64,000 nt of DNA from Cycas panzhihuaensis (taxonomy: Eukaryota; Plantae; Cycadophyta), in contig CM041465.1 in the NCBI GenBank assembly GCA_023213395.1, positions 5,580,001 through 5,644,000 on the forward strand, in the 5' to 3' direction. Under the pieces are notes generated by a model. That model did not search any database. It saw only the letters and a list, made by a program, of their open reading frames with translations, and was not told the origin of the DNA. Every line of letters starts with the position of its first letter. The first letter of the stretch is position 1. A program made the translations under genes and the position numbers. Below are positions 14,661 to 26,552 of this stretch, piece after piece.

Positions 14661-15359
14661 TTTTTTTTTGATATGATAAAAAAATGATATTATAGGGGTT
14701 TTATCTCGGTCCCCAAAACCTGTACATCAAGCCACATGGCTTAGCAGATCTGACCATGACAGGCCCATGGTCTAGCCCAATAACTATCTCCCATCCTCCT
14801 CAATTAGCCTCACCAATATGAGCTTCACCACGACCTCAGTAACTCCTCTGGGTAATCCCCTTTCCAAACCCTTGTACTTTTATTTACCACGACCCAGTTT
14901 GCCAACCAATCGGCTACCATATTCCCTTCCCTAAACTTATGTTGAACCTGAACATCAGCTTTGGATCTCAAAATGTCCTGGGCATCCTTGAAATATCCGC
15001 GTTGTCCCATCCCGGTACCGCTTCCCCTTTCAAGCATTTTATAACATACATAGAATCCCCCTCTATGATCACCTTCTGGACTCCTTCCTCGTCCAATAGG
15101 GTAATCGCTCTCATCATGGCCCGCACCTCAGCCTTCTGGTTTGTATGGATTCCAATGTATTCCGCAAAGGCCCAACTCAAGTTACCGTCATGATCCCTGA
15201 ACAGACCTCCACCACCAGCCTCACCGGGGTTTCCTTTGGCCGCTCCATCAAAGTTCACCTTTCCCCACTGATAATCTGGAGGATGCCATTTAACATCCCT
15301 GTACCTCTCCCTGGTCCCCCTCTGGGGGACAATACCCCATTCTTTCATGATACCTTCTT
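14661..15359 (-). mobile_element. 5'-truncated L1 LINE (RNase H domain + 3' UTR + poly-A)
   Basis: Poly-T at ~14659-14669; 18-bp TSD aagtagttgtgctcactt at 14643-14660 and 15360-15377; homologous to 44225-44934. Confidence 0.95.
14825..15348 (-). pseudogene. LINE-encoded RNase H (RVT_3 type), one frameshift
   Basis: KVNFDGAAKGNPG, NQKAE, IIEGDS and HKFREGNMVADWLA; split between ORFs 14968-15348 and 14825-15037. Confidence 0.92.
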
Positions 15360-16286
15360 AAGTAGTTGTGCTCACTTATTTAGTAAGTGTATTATACATA
15401 TATTTAGTAAGTAGTTACACTTTTGTATTGCACATGTATTTAATAAGTAGTTATACTCACTGACTTAGTAGGTGCTTAGAATAGAGGTGGGAGTTTTATC
15501 CCACATGCACTAGTGGGAAGTAAGCTTTGGTAGTTGAAGCACTATATATACCCTCTCAGGTCTTTATTGTAATTAATTCTTGGTTCATATTACTTAAGAG
15601 AAAGAACTTCAGTTCTCTTTGGTTATTAATTATCTCTTTTGGTTCTCTTTGGTGCTTATTATTTTTCTTACTTCTCTCTTTGGAGTTCTCTATTGTGGAA
15701 GATACGTTATAAGTTACTCACTAGATATGGTCTAACATGTTCCATCTCAATGATCTAATATTAATCCAACTAACCACACTCAAATTCAATACTTACAACT
15801 CTTAATATCACTAAAAGTACTCTAAGAAGATTATCAAGTTTCAACTAGTAAATAAGATAGATAGATAGATATAGATATATGTATGTATATATTTGCACTC
15901 TACCATGACTATAAACTAAGCAACACACATCAAATACTTTTAATTTGTTAATAATTATCAAACTTATGAGTTTATTTCCTACTATATAGTAAATAGGATT
16001 TTTCTCTTTGGAGTATTTATCATTTGTTATCTTTGTAGGTTTATTGTGCATTTTGAGATTTTCTTAAGTAATATTGATGCTTATATTTATTTTAATTTAC
16101 CAATTATTTTCACTTATGGAATTTACCCTTGATATTTTTCTTAAAGCCTCTTAATTATGATATCTGTCTTCATTGTATAAAAGAAAATAAGTCTTATGGT
16201 TTTTTCACATCTTGTTGGTGTGATCCCCTATAATCTATACAACTTATAGAAACATGAACTATTTGTTTCTCACCATATATACATAT

Positions 16287-16335
16287 TGTATGTGTGTGTG
16301 TGTGTGTGTGTATTTATGTATGTATGTGTATGTGT
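16287..16335. repeat. (TG)n/(TATG)n microsatellite
   Basis: Directly visible. Confidence 0.9.
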
Positions 16336-16847
16336 AGTTGTAAGATTAAACTTCCAAGTCTAATTCATACATCCTATTATTTCCCTATGGTTTATTCTAA
16401 TAGGATAACATTTTGGTTTTTTTTGCCTTATGTTCTACTAAATACTTACATAGCTAGGTAAACATCCTAGAAGTAATTGATTTCTCCTCACTCATACTCA
16501 AAGGTAATTCTAATATTTTAATTCCCTTACACTAGACCAAATAAGATGATTATTATTATATCTGTGGATTTAGTGGTGGGCTAGTTTTTTATGAGTCTCA
16601 CACAGCCATTTTCCAAATTATAGATTTACATCACAAAAAAGATTATTACAAAATATTTAATACAAAAGGAAATAGGAAAGAAAAGAAAAAAAAGAAGGAA
16701 AAAATAAGTACTCTCTCATATGTTCTCAACATGTTGATAGGTTCATTAGTGATTTATTTAGGAGTTTGACCTAGGTCATTCATTAAATTACTAATCTTTG
16801 TTTAATTATATCATCAACTTCTATATGGGCTTAATGGTGATTAGTTT

Positions 16848-17262
16848 TACGATGATCCAATCCATGAGTCATACAAAAAGAATATTTTTTGAAGAAAATT
16901 GAGGGTTCAAAGATCTATCTTAAGGACTTTAACTTAATTACATTAAAAGAGTACAAGAAAGCTTAATAATCACCAAAAGATAAGATGCACTCTTATATGA
17001 TATCAAATGATAATAATATAGCATAAGAGTTCCTTTTACAATTGCTTGGCCTTATATAAGTAAAAATGGTCACTAATACTAATGTCCTATTAACAGATCA
17101 TAGGCCCTCCAATGTGATTGGTAGAGATATAAGGCTTGTGCACATGGATTAATAAGCATCCTTAACCTTCTTTTCCTTAATCATGTAGTTATGACTTTAG
17201 CATTAACCTTCTCTATGTAATTGGATGCTCTTATGTCATTAACCTTAGAAATATCCTTAATA
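16848..17262 (-). repeat. 3' LTR of element B
   Basis: Colinear with 26134-26552; adjacent to the PPT. Confidence 0.88.
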
Positions 17263-17289
17263 TGTCCTCCTCCCTAAGATGTTGAGTTC

Positions 17290-18325
17290 CCAAAGTACTG
17301 AGGATATAGATGTTACTTGATAAATTCCTTTAACTCCCATGTTGCTTAATCAAGGTGACAACCAACCCATTGCACTAAATACTCGAAAATGGTTCTATTC
17401 CAAAGATGGCATTGATGAAAATTTAGAATGTCCACTAGAGGAATCATAAGGACTTCTACTTCATGGAGGATAGGTAGGGTTGCTTAAGGGATGATAAATT
17501 TTTTGAGGTATTTTTTAAAGTAAGATGCATAAAAAACATTGTGAATTTTGGAGTCATGGGGGAGGTCTAAAGTATAGGCTACTTCACCAATTCTTTGAAG
17601 AACTTTATAGGGACCATAATAGTGAGGGCTCAGTTTATGGAATTTCTTATGGCTTAGGGATTATTGCTTGTAAGGCTAGAGATGAAGGAAGACTAAGTCA
17701 CCCATAATAAATACTCTTTTAAACTTGTGGTATTTAGCCAGTTACTTTATTTGATTTAGTATCTACTAGGTTCAGCTTAAACGCATGTAAGATTTAATCC
17801 ATATATTGAAGTTTTTATTATGCTTTTATAGTTCAAATATTGGTAACCAATATATGGTGTGATGGTAGAGGATATCTATAAAAAGCCATAAATGGGATCA
17901 CCAAATGAAAGATTGATGGGAAGAATTATTCTAATATTCTACTAATTCCAACTAGAAAGGCAAATAATTTTGATAATTAGATATAAAGCAACATAGGTAC
18001 ATTTCTAATGTTTTATTGATAACCTTTGATTATCCATCTATTTATGGATGATATGACAAGCTTGTATTAAAAGAGGTTCCAGATGCCTAAAAGAGCTCTT
18101 ACCAAAATGTGCTCATGAATTTTAAATCTTGATTAGAGGAAATTATAGATGGAAAACCAAGAAGATGAAAGATAAACTAAATATAGAGATTGACTAGCTA
18201 GGGAGCTTTGTAAGTTATATGAACTAGTAAGAAGTAAGCATACATAGTCAAGTAGTCAATGATGACCCAAATAAAGACATATCTTATAGATAATAGTATC
18301 CTAATAATAAAATCCATGGTAATAT
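17290..18325 (-). pseudogene. Integrase core + chromodomain of element B
   Basis: ITMDFII at the right end; EYLVQWVGCHLD*ATWE chromodomain. Confidence 0.85.
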
Positions 18326-20420
18326 TATTAGAAATCAAATTTGCAATAAGATAATATTTTCAAATAGAAACAAACATCTCCAAGATCAAACAATAACCTT
18401 AAGGTACCTCAAATTGTATTAACAAAACATCCTTACAACAGATATTACATATGACACACTATATATATATTTATAATATATGACATGATAGTGAGAGTGG
18501 GACCCACTTGTATATGGGACAAAACAAATGTGTATTAATAATATTCTAACATTCCCCCTTAATGCATATCTGGGTCATTTGTATTTGCAACACCTTATCC
18601 TTGGAAATGTCTTAAAGATGATGCCTTCAACTTGATCCTCGTCTTCAATCTTGTAGTGATTTCCTTACTATAGAATGATGTCTTCAACTTGATTATTGCC
18701 TTCAATTATGTACTGATGTCTTTGTAGGATGATATCCTTAGTTTATTTTTTGTCTTCCATTCTGTAGTGATGTTGTTGTAGTAGCTCCAACAAGTACAAA
18801 TCCTAAATCTTCATTGTGGCTGGTCTAGTCTGATTTTGATGTAGATCCTATAACTAACCATCTTCAAATATAACTTGTTTATCATCATTATCATATATAA
18901 ATTCTTGATCACTATATACAATAGTAGCCTTTCAAGTGGAATTAACTTGTATACTCTTTGAACTTGAATAATTACTTAAAGTAGGAATATCATCAACATA
19001 AGACTCATCCTTTATAGGACCATCAGATTCATATTTAATTTCCCTTAAAATAATAGTATTATCTAAATATACCTTAATCGATTCATCACTCTTAACATCT
19101 TCAGTAGAAGTTGTAGTCTCATCAATACATTCAACCATCATTTCTTTACATTCAGTAGAAATTTGATCAATACTCATACATTCTTCATCTTGATATGTCA
19201 TTTTATCAGTGTTGATAATACTTTCTTCATCAATTTTCTCTGTATCATAACTATCATTAATCTTACTTGTCTTTTTAATCATTTGTTGTATCTCTTCAGG
19301 AGTTTGTTCACATATATCCCTTAAAAAATCGCATGCTTCCTTAGTAGTACTTTCACGTTGAATCTTAGAAATGACAAAATGGTATGTGGAATGAAGATCA
19401 TCCTTTTTTAATGTAGTAAGAATCATGATGAATGCCTTTCTATATTTATTCTCAAGCATTTACTTTTCTTCTTCATCCTTAGGGATATCATATCCATCAG
19501 TAACAAGCTTCCACAAACCTCTAGCTATGAAAAAACATCTCATTTTAATCATCCAAAAGAAGTAGTCTTCTCCATTACACTTAGGCATTAGAAGAAATGA
19601 ATCCCTTAAGTAATATTCATTTGTTTCATGAACATATATAACCACATCATTTTCCTCCATGATTGTAAATGTACCTCCAAACAATGTCCCTTTTTCAATC
19701 AACAAATTCACCCATCAATCTTAATAAACTTTCTCATGCCTTATGTCCTCACATCACTAACTTCATCATCGTATCATCACCTTGTTCATTTCTCATATAG
19801 AATCTAAAACACTCACTTTACCAAATCAATGTCTCATAAATCTCACAATGATCATACATGCCACATGTTACCATTAGATTGCCAAGACACACCACACCAC
19901 ACTCAATTGCCCACAACACAAGTCATGTCACTACACCACTCAATAAAGTTTGCTTAGGTATCTTCAAGAAGCTCATCCTTCTTTTCCCATTAGTCAATTA
20001 AATAACACATCATCAAAGAATGCCTAATTTTTCCCTTAAACACGCCTAATAAGTGTCCACTCTTGTCATGTAACTTCTCTTGCAACAAGGGTTCACAATT
20101 GCCTTATTTAACCACATGTCCTTTATCATTTACCACACCATGTCATTGCCACAAAGTTACTTATCAATCACCATATCAGCATACAACAAACTCATTCATA
20201 CATAAGCCATTTTACAATGTCAATGTTTGCTTGTTCTCTACATTTCTTCTAATGTTGATAGTTTGCCCTTTAGCCACCAATAAATCTATGCCACTTATAC
20301 TTGAAATGAACCACCAATAAACCACCAGTTAACAAAGATAATTAATATATCAACCAAAATATAATATATTAACTTTATCTATAATGCCTCATAATATACC
20401 CTTTGAGATCCAGATAACCA
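18326..20420 (-). mobile_element. Element C: non-autonomous copia-derived (TR-GAG-like) element; 5' LTR not found, right boundary uncertain
   Basis: 226-bp LTR at 18326-18551; PPT aaggggga at 18553-18560; gag N-terminal motif; same LTR family at 33982-34190. Confidence 0.75.
18555..19711 (-). pseudogene. Single-frame gag-N / acidic / RNase-H-relic ORF of element C
   Basis: MPKCNGEDYFFWMIKMRCFFIARGLWKLVTDGY (copia gag N-terminus); D/E-rich middle; in-frame tail ATIVYSDQ...EDQVEGIIFKTFP. Confidence 0.72.
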
Positions 20421-21849
20421 ATGGACTCAAACCCTAGGGTAATTTTAGTTTTGTCATTCCCAACAAAAAATCCTACCCACTGAAATTTCCCCAAAGTGTA
20501 TATAATTCAATTGTAAACCTATAGTTATAGAAATGTTTCAATTTATCAACCAAACAAATCACTTATAATTCCTTCTCGAATTAAATAGCCAAAACTAGTG
20601 AAAACAATGCTAGACGTTGCCCAAATTGAGATCTTAATTCCAAAAAACTCCTGCAAGCACCCAATTTCTAAAATATGTAATTGAAAACTTTTCTTTTTAT
20701 GTGGATTAAATGATCTGATGCTTTTGGTAGAAAATCCTTACTAAATTTAAAGGTTGCTAATCCTCAAACATTAGTTAACCACTGTAATGACCCAAATGAT
20801 GGCGTTGTCAACTCCCTTACTGATTGATTATGTCAAAATGATCCTCCTTAGACTTCCCCTCTTTGATTTTCTACACGCATGGTTTGTCTATCATCAGTGG
20901 GTGGATGTCTAGCATTCAAAAAGTTTAAGGAGGAACTACGAAAAGTAATTAACAATGGAATCGTATATCATTCTAAACAATAATGGTCTGGACTTCTGGG
21001 CATTTTAATATTGTCTCCATACATTGGTGATATTCAATGTGGTTCATAGGACCATAAATCTATGAAAAACGCTCAGTATCAAAGTTGCAACTTCTGGTTT
21101 ATTTCTTATGGTATCCTCTAATCTAATATTATGTATCATTAATCCTTTAACAAAGCACTGTAGAAAGCTATCAAGTATTATCAGTTCCTTGACATCGACT
21201 TGGGTGATGGTGCTTCACGTTGGATGTCAAATATAGCCACAAAGGATGATACAGAATCGTAGATATTCAATGCAATGAAATAGGGCAATGAACATTAGGG
21301 AGATATCTATAGTTCTAGATTTGAGCCATGATGATCTTGGCATATATCTTTTAGTCGTAAATAGGCAATCACAAAAGTATAATAAATTGAATAGATCATA
21401 TAATCTAATAGGAAAATATCAAATGTGAAGAAAAAATAAATCAATATAGCACGATGGCTGTAATTATTCTTTGCGTGGTTGCATCCAATCTGATGTCCAC
21501 AGGTCTCTGTGATTAGCCAAATTCATCTTCCTTGACATTAATTGATGTACTTTAATGGATTTACTTACGTAACTATAGTCCACCTTCTAGAACCATGGCT
21601 CTACTGCATATTCTGCATATATTCTCTAGTAACTTATGAATATGCTTTCTCTTCACACATAAGTGGCTCTAGAGTTTCACTAATAAATTGATAGACCTCT
21701 ACATAAACATAATACTTTTACAAGCTCAACAATAGTTGCAAGATGAATGGGCATTATCGAACAAAACTAGGCACTTCCTCACACATCAAAATTAGGTTTT
21801 TATCAATCAACACTTTTCTCAAAGAAATAGCCTAAACGACTAGTTCTAT

Positions 21850-24743
21850 TAGAAGACGAGAAAAATTATCTATAATAATATTATGCTTGTCCCTTTTATA
21901 AGTTATAGAAAAGTCAAAAATTTGAAATCTATCAACCCACTTGGCCTATTCCTCTGATAGAACTAGATGGTCTAATAGGTGTGAGAGGCTATGATAGTTA
22001 ATCAAAATGGTGAATTTGGATCCAAACAAATATTAATGCCACTTATCCATTGCATGAAGAATAGCCTTTATTTTCTTTTAATAGGTTGATAGGTAACACT
22101 TATGGTCTTTGAGTTAGTAACTTTCAAATGTAATTGGATGGAAATACTACATGAGGATAGTTCCTAAGCCAACTCTAGAGGCATCACATTCTAATTAAAA
22201 AGGTTATTAAAAATTGAGGGTGGTGAGGACTAGCGTAGAGGATATGAGTATTTTTAGATGGTTGAATATATCTTCAACACATGATAACCATTAACATGAA
22301 TCTTTATGCAGGAAACTTGTCAAGGGGGCTATTATAGAGGCATAAGTTATGATAAAATGATGGTAAAATTTAGTTAATCCAAGGAAAACCCTTAATTGTA
22401 TGAAGACTTTTGACTTGAACCATTAAATGATGACTACTATTTTATCAAGGTCTACTCATGCCCCTTTTATGAAGATGATATACCCTAGGTACTATAATTC
22501 AATTTTGCCAAATTTACATTTTGACATTTTGGTATATAGTTGGTTTTTCTCAAGAATCTACAAGGCAAACTTTAGATGTTAGACATGTAGGTCCATGGCG
22601 ATATTATAGATGAGTATATCAACAAAGAAAATAATGATGAATTTTCAAGGTAGGGCATAAGAATTTTATTCATCAAAGCTTGGAAGGTAGTAGGAGCATT
22701 GTAAAACCCAATGGATATGACTTATAATTAAAAGTGACCATGGTGGATTCTAAAGGTCATTTCATCTAGTATGTCATCAATTTAGGGGGTCAGAAACTTA
22801 TTCTTAATAGTGAGTTTATTAAATTCTTGATAATCAACATAAAACAAAAAAGAATCATCTTATTTTTGAATAATCATAATAGGTGTGGCATAAGTACTCT
22901 TATTGGGTTAAATGATGCTTATAACTAGGAATTTGTTTGTGATACACTCAATCTCATTCTTTTGAAAATACGAGTTTTAGTATGGTCATAAGTTGATGGG
23001 GTTATGTAGATGCTTTAATTCAATAATATGGTAGAATCCATGATCTAGGGGAAGGTTACCTGATAGAGGATAAAAAATAGACTGGTACTTGGTCAGGATT
23101 ATTTAGATATCTAGATGACCCTCTAGTTGTACTTGAATGCTATTAATTTAGATAATATAACCAAGAATCCCATTAAGTTACCTACTTATTTGCTTAGAAG
23201 AGATTAGTTTATTTGGTAGTGATTAGAGACCATACAATTTATGGAATTATTTAAATTGGTATTTAAATGTCGTAAAAGAATTATTTAGAGAATTGTTGGG
23301 ACTATAAGTTCCTAGGGTTTGCAACCATTGGGTTCCTAAGATTGCATCTAAGCCCCAAATAGATAAGACTTAAAAGTTAGATTTGAGTTAATAAGTGTTA
23401 ATTTAAACTTAAAGATTTCAAATAACCTTATCATAGTGAAGGTTATAATGATCAAGTAAAGAGTAATTGAAACTTATTTTTAGTTTAATATATAGGTTCA
23501 ATTGCTTAGAAACTACAATATTGACAAAGTTTAATGACATACCACCATCGATTAATATTGTAATAGGGGTCTTTGTTAAGGTCCCTTATACTTGTAATGA
23601 GTCAAGGTAAGTAGAAGAGAAAATAATGGATAAGGAAGGTTCGAGAGTGGGCTCAAGTTCTAGTGGTGGAGGGGACTCCAATAGAGGTTCTTCTTTAGTT
23701 TCATCTTCTAAATTAGAATTAGGGTTATTGGTAAATATTATTTTTCTAGTTTTACAAACTCTACTGTACTTATCAAACCTTTTTTTTTGCATATAGAGTG
23801 TAAAGGCCTACTTCCCTACACTTGTGGGCCTTTGATATAGGAACCCTTACTGATGATCATTTTATTAGTGATCATTCTACTAGTCATTTTATTGATCATT
23901 TTGTTGATTATCTCATATGGCCATTTACCCAAAACCTTAGGGGCCTATAATGATCTAATTACCTTAGGCCACTAGACCACGTTGATTCTCTTCTAAAACT
24001 AGTTGTTCTTTTAGCTACAAATTTTAATTCCACTACCTTAGCTACATTAATAACATTCCTAAGATTGGGAGGGGAGATCATCTTTAGCCTCATTTATATC
24101 ATATATTTCAATCTAGCTATATAAGTTTCAATAAGTGTCTTCTTATAAAGAAATTGGGTGACTTAATTATCAATGGATTGAAATTCATCAATGTATGATT
24201 TGACAAGGAAGACTATCTTAACTGGGTTAGCTAAATGAAAAATGATTGATTCTAAGCTTCCTCATACTTCTCAAAGAAATATTTATAGAAAATGTCCCAT
24301 GTTTGATTCACATGATATTCCCTAGTCCACAATTTATACTAGTGGTATGCTTTTCCTTCTAAGTGAATGGAAGTAAATATCAACTAATCTACTTAGGACA
24401 TTTGGTTAAGTGTGAAGTATGAGTTTAACTTACTAATCCAAGTATGAGTTACATCTTTATTGGGACCTTATTCAAAGAATGGAATATTGATTTTATGTTT
24501 GAAATTTTGTTGATGAGGAAACTGAAAGGGTGGGCTTCCAACCTGAGAAATTCCACCTTAGGAGGTGTTGGAAGTAGATATTAATGAGCAATTGAGAATT
24601 TATGTATTGAGGGCTTAAAATTATTGTGCCATATTGGCAATTTACCCTTTTGCATCTGTAAAGTTTGTACTCATATCTGCTTTCATATATGCAACATCAA
24701 ATTTTAAAGAAGAAATATACTTGCCTTGGTTGGGTGGTTCCAT
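21850..24743 (-). pseudogene. gag-PR-RT-RH of element B
   Basis: Colinear with A gag-pol (start MEPPNQG versus MAPTQG); RH end AKWVDRFQIFDFSITYK; internal deletions. Confidence 0.85.
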
Positions 24744-26119
24744 CATGTAAGTCAATGAGAAGGGATCTTTAATGAAGTGAGAAATAGAAAGAAGAAAAGG
24801 ATATTAGAATTTAGAGAAGTTAGATAAAATAAGTTTTTTAAAGAAGTAGGGATATATATGAAAAGGGACAAGAGAGGGGAGAAACAAGGAATTGGGATGT
24901 CAATATACTATTAACCCTAAATTTTAAGTAATAGAATCACCTAATACACTAGGATGAGTGCAAAAAATACATCAAAATGAGATAGGTGTATAGTAAGTAG
25001 AAATATAAGTTGGTGGGGCCTATGGGGTGCCTATATATTATTTTTCCTAAAATTTAATAGTTAAAAATGACTTAATGAATATTTATCAACTTGATGTACT
25101 AATCAAAATGAGATAGGTGAAATTTAATATCACTTTTAAAGCTGTGTTTTTTTCTTTTTTCTTTTTTTGTAGTAACTAATACTACTCAAAGATTTTTTTA
25201 TTCTAGAAAGTATATAGAAAGATGTGGCCTTTTCTTTTTTCTTTTTTTTTTTGAGAGAGAGAAAGAGATGGACTAAGAAACATTGGTTGTAAGACTCAAG
25301 TGCTAACAAACTAAACTTGAACTAGGCAAGATATGGACTTTGAAGTGAAAATGGGCTTCAAGAATGTTGAAGGTTTGGATAGGATACTAAACTCGAACAC
25401 TATTTATGACTAAATGAGATTATATGAACCTTAACTTTGATTATCTTTAGGGTGCATCAACTATTTAGGATGATAGATCTTAGCTACATTTTATAAGATA
25501 AGACTCTTAGGATTTGTTTTAATATGGTAAATAAACTCCTTAGGGATTTTTTAATAACAAACTTCCTAATGATCTAATTATTAATTTTAAGAACTTGTAT
25601 TTACTTTCTAATGCTAGATTGTTCAATAGTTTAGGGCTTTTTTAGAGAGAAAAAAGTATTCAATAAGAGAGTTTACCAATTCTAATAATGGGAGTACTTG
25701 ATCTCACATGCCTATTGATAAATCCTTTTGTAGGGGTTCATGATAGGTAACTTCATGGTGCTAACTACTAACCACTTCATTACAAGATTTTAGCAGCCAA
25801 TAGGTTTCCTAATCTAGGTAACGAAGGGAAATCCTAGAAGGTATCATTTGATATATTTGAAGGTATATGGAGGCTCAATTTCATATATGAGTTCTATCTA
25901 AGGCTTGATTCATTGGAGTTAATCAAAGTCCTTCAAGCAAGAGTGCAAAATCCATAGTTCACTTCGTATAGAATAGATCCTTCATGATATTTAAAGACCC
26001 CCTAAGATAAGGTCTCTACGTATAGTAGGTAGCTACCACGTAGAGTCACTAAGGGAAAGGAAAAAAGAAAAAAAATCCATTTTTTAGCTTCTAAATGCTC
26101 TGCAAGGTTATCGAGCCTT

Positions 26120-26131
26120 GCTTTGATACCA
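26120..26131 (-). promoter_or_regulatory. tRNA-iMet primer-binding site of element B
   Basis: tggtatcaaagc on the minus strand, 2 nt from the LTR. Confidence 0.85.
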
Positions 26132-26133
26132 CT

Positions 26134-26552
26134 TGCAATAATTTAATCTACAAGTTGCATACAAAGAATAAATTTTAAAGAAAACTAAGAGTTCAAAGAT
26201 CTTTATTAAGGACTCAATAGCTTAATTACATCAAAGGAGTGCAAGAAAGCTTAACAATCACCAAAAGATAAGATGTACTCTCATATATGATCTCAAATGA
26301 TAATAAGATGAAATAAGAGTAACTTTTATAAATGCTTGGCCTTATATAAGCAAAAATGGTTGCTAACACTAATGTCCCAGTGGCAGACCATGGGCCCTTT
26401 AATCTTATTAATAGAGATATAAGGCTTGTGCATATGAATTATTAAATATCCTTCACCTTCACTTCCTTAATTATATAGTTGTGACTTTAGCATTAACCTT
26501 CTTTATACGATTAGATGCTCTTATAATATTAACCTTAGAAAGCTCTTTAATA
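26134..26552 (-). repeat. 5' LTR of element B
   Basis: Colinear with 16848-17262; adjacent to the PBS. Confidence 0.88.

Larger units (their letters stand above)
8799..15711 (+). mobile_element. Element A: chromoviral (Reina-like) Ty3/gypsy LTR retrotransposon
   Basis: LTR starts tgtaacataaccctacc (8799) and tataacataaccctacc (14461); PPT agaggggggg at ~14448-14457; imperfect TSD agttc/agtta; gag-PR-RT-RH-INT-chromodomain order. Confidence 0.88.
14461..15711 (+). repeat. 3' LTR of element A, interrupted by a LINE
   Basis: Follows the PPT; ends cgttata (decayed -ca) next to the TSD-like agtta; about 530 bp without the LINE. Confidence 0.75.
16848..26552 (-). mobile_element. Element B: chromoviral Ty3/gypsy related to A, with a nested insertion and a partial integrase deletion
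   Basis: Paired ~417-bp LTRs at 16848-17262 and 26134-26552; PBS at 26120-26131; PPT at ~17265-17276; flanks rejoin into a local repeat unit; TSD weak (agttt/ggatt). Confidence 0.88.

Noticed and set aside
20860-20900. Hammerhead-like CTGATGA...GAAA on the minus strand
   Set aside because: Stem II is mismatched and no stem I/III or NUH cleavage site could be formed
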